A stretch of 64,000 bases of DNA from an uncultured Verrucomicrobia subdivision 3 bacterium (GTDB lineage: Bacteria > Verrucomicrobiota > Verrucomicrobiia > Limisphaerales > UBA11358), in contig CAIXUZ010000049.1 of the NCBI GenBank assembly GCA_903922735.1, positions 16,636-80,635 on the forward strand, written 5' to 3'. Shown one piece after another: positions 62,086 through 64,000 of the stretch (positions are counted from its first letter, which is position 1; each line of letters begins with the position of its first letter). Under the pieces are notes generated by a model that had not been told where the DNA came from, made no database searches, and saw nothing but the letters and a program-made list of their open reading frames with translations. Both the position numbers and the translations under genes were made by a program.

Positions 62086-62276
62086 CCCTCATCCCGGCCT
62101 TCTTGTATCTGAATTTCCGTCTAACCTTGTCTGTGAGTAATGGCTCCCCCGGGGAGAAGGAGAAACGTTCACCGCGTCGGCGGACAACCTTGCGCTGGAT
62201 TGGCCGGACCATCAACCGAACTCCAAAAAACTTGAATGGTGATCCCCTCTCCTTGGGGAGAGGGCCAGGGTGAGGG
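62086..62276. repeat. Inverted pair of REP-like elements, the left one interrupted by 42 bp
   Basis: CCCTCATCCCGGCCTTCT[..]CCCCCGGGGAGAAGG ... CCCTCTCCTTGGGGAGAGGGCCAGGGTGAGGG. Confidence 0.75.
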
Positions 62277-62309
62277 AGGACGTGAAAACAATGTTTGCCA
62301 TCGCCCCGC

Positions 62310-62728
62310 CCAGCACCAGCGGCGCGGCATCTTTGTAGAACCAAGATTCCGTTTTGCCCAAGCTCCGTCAGGAGCGGCATGATGAAAATAGCCCAGCCAT
62401 TCATGGCTGGGTGGTGAATCCCAAAGCAGATTGAGTCCCGCAAGGGACGGCAGAAATAGGGGTGGCCGTCCGCAAGGACCTTTCGTCCCTGACGGGACTT
62501 TTCATCATCGGAAACCGGCAACCCAGCACTAAAGTGCTGGGCTATTTTCAAGGGACTGGCTGGAATGGATTTAAAATAAGCTCCAGCGCCAGCGGCGCGG
62601 CATCTTTGTAGAACCAAGATTCCAATTTGGAAAAGCTCCGTCAGGAGCGGCATCAGATTATGTCGCTCCTACGGAGCTAAAATTATCGGGACATTGAGCC
62701 TACCAAGATTTCGCGCCTACGGCGCTGG
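62310..62728. repeat. Composite REP/REPIN-like cluster
   Basis: 71-bp direct repeats at 62310-62380 and 62583-62653 (AGCGGCGCGGCATCTTTGTAGAACCAAGATTCC...AGCTCCGTCAGGAGCGGCAT), inverted partner at 62660-62728, and a nested palindromic element TGAAAATAGCCCAGC...GCTGGGCTATTTTCA at 62383-62550. Confidence 0.85.
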
Positions 62729-62764
62729 GGTTGAGAACTGGTTCCGGGGTGATGGCAAAAGGTT

Positions 62765-63574
62765 TCAGGGGCTTTCCCAAAATCCCTGTTCCTTCAGATT
62801 CTTCTTCGCCGCCGCATGGGCTTCGGGCGTCTCGATAAGCAACAGGATCGATGGTTCGGGAAGATATTTGAACACGCTCGCGGAACGCCATTCCCCGGTT
62901 TGTTCATTCGGCCCGCTGGGAACCATGATGCTCCACAAATGGACTTTGGTAATATCAACAAATGCAGAGCTGACCGGGTCCATGTCCACACGAATCTTGT
63001 TCTGCGCCTTCAAATCCTCTGCCAGTTGCTTTAGTTTTTGGGGGATTTTGTAGGCCCGACATTCAAGCTGGCTGGGATTTCTGGACAAATGAATGGCATC
63101 AGGCTTCTCATCATAGTCCATTCCCACAGTTTCGGACAGGAACATAAACTCGCAGCTCAATGAATGGCGCGCCATGAATTTTCCCGTGTAGGGAAAGGTT
63201 TCAAATCCACTCGCGCCTTTTTTGAGCCAGTTGGTATCATCCTGACGGTAATTGGCGATCAAGACATTCATCACGTCCTTGAACGGCGAGTCCGGTGGCA
63301 GGGCAACAATTTTTACCGGGGTCGTGTCCAGATACACCGCTTGCGTCACGGAACCATTGCTGACCTTGGCAACCAGTGCGTTGACTTTGGCAACCACCTC
63401 GCTGACTGTCGCGTTGGAAAAAACTTGTTCAGGCAAAATACAGGAGTCCCAACGATAAGGACGTTGATGCGAAACGTGCGTGGCCGAGATCCGGGTGAAA
63501 AACGTAAAAAGGACTGATAGCAGAAAAATCATTCCAGCAATCGAGGCAAGAATGATTTTTGTTCTGCGTTTCAT
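62765..63574 (-). CDS. Hypothetical membrane-anchored protein
   Basis: MKRRTK followed by a hydrophobic helix; starts 12 nt after the ispG stop; lower GC than its neighbours. Confidence 0.72.
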   Translation of the reverse strand: MKRRTKIILASIAGMIFLLSVLFTFFTRISATHVSHQRPYRWDSCILPEQVFSNATVSEVVAKVNALVAKVSNGSVTQAVYLDTTPVKIVALPPDSPFKDVMNVLIANYRQDDTNWLKKGASGFETFPYTGKFMARHSLSCEFMFLSETVGMDYDEKPDAIHLSRNPSQLECRAYKIPQKLKQLAEDLKAQNKIRVDMDPVSSAFVDITKVHLWSIMVPSGPNEQTGEWRSASVFKYLPEPSILLLIETPEAHAAAKKNLKEQGFWESP

Positions 63575-63586
63575 GACAAAGAAAAT

Positions 63587-64000
63587 TTATTTTTCAACCA
63601 CTTCCGGCTCCACCCATTTGCCATGTTCCTTGATGAGGTCCACGAGCCGTTCCACGGCTTCGGCTTCGGGGATGTTGAACTTGATGGCCTGCTTGCCGAC
63701 GTAGAGGTTGATCTTGTTCGGGGCACCGCCCACGTAGCCAAAGTCCGCATCCGCCATCTCACCGGGGCCGTTTACAATGCAACCCATGATGGCGATCTTC
63801 ACACCCTTGAGATGTTCCGTCCGCGCCTTGATGCGCGCCGTGACGGTCTGGAGATTGAACAGCGTCCGGCCACAGCTCGGGCACGCCACGTAGTCCGTCT
63901 TGAAGGAACGGCAGCCCGCCGCCTGCAAAACATTGAACGCCAGCCGCAGGGAAAGCCCCGCGCCGCTCTCGCCGCGAATGAGAATCGCGTCGCCGATGCC
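63587..64000 (-). CDS. ispG: (E)-4-hydroxy-3-methylbut-2-enyl-diphosphate synthase, 3' part
   Basis: [39 protein letters not shown]; frame open to the window edge. Confidence 0.96.
   Translation of the reverse strand, partial: GIGDAILIRGESGAGLSLRLAFNVLQAAGCRSFKTDYVACPSCGRTLFNLQTVTARIKARTEHLKGVKIAIMGCIVNGPGEMADADFGYVGGAPNKINLYVGKQAIKFNIPEAEAVERLVDLIKEHGKWVEPEVVEK

Noticed and set aside
62066-62653. 195-aa minus-strand ORF with an internal duplication
   Set aside because: Entirely a translation of REP repeats (MPLLTEL twice, PHPGPLP); not a credible gene.

Overview
A GC-rich bacterial chromosome window, most likely Verrucomicrobiota subdivision 3 (inferred from protein styles and repeat families, not from a marker gene). 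All family calls come from motif recognition, not database searches. Housekeeping genes: pckG (3' end), alaS, 6S RNA-rarA-ygfA, comF, accD and ispG (3' end). There is a cysI-cysH-cysD-cysN sulfate-assimilation operon and a large low-oxygen energy cluster: PocR-AraC regulator, FixL-like heme-PAS kinase with a NarL-type regulator, ADP-forming acyl-CoA ligase-GNAT, PFOR (nifJ) with a DHOD-like gene, group 3d NiFe hydrogenase hoxEFUYH with protease and hypFCDE, and a membrane PPase. Two multi-PAS hybrid kinases and a GH95 enzyme are also present. An accessory block of about 7.5 kb (26.3-33.8 kb) separates the CoA ligase from nifJ. The most unusual signal is a module that occurs twice (28.8-30.0 kb and 60.8-61.95 kb). 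It consists of an array of 10-12 palindromic 21-bp repeats, a gap of about 200 bp, and a ~235-aa gene with a triple-aromatic N-terminal leader, a helical region and a C-terminal FN3-like domain. A third, sequence-unrelated 21-bp palindromic array is inserted in frame in alaS. Other palindromic and heptamer repeats have entered hypF and alaS in frame. A 56-aa lipoprotein and a HicA remnant, both absent from the ORF track, were read directly from the sequence. No CRISPR array, tRNA, rRNA, integrase or transposase gene was seen.
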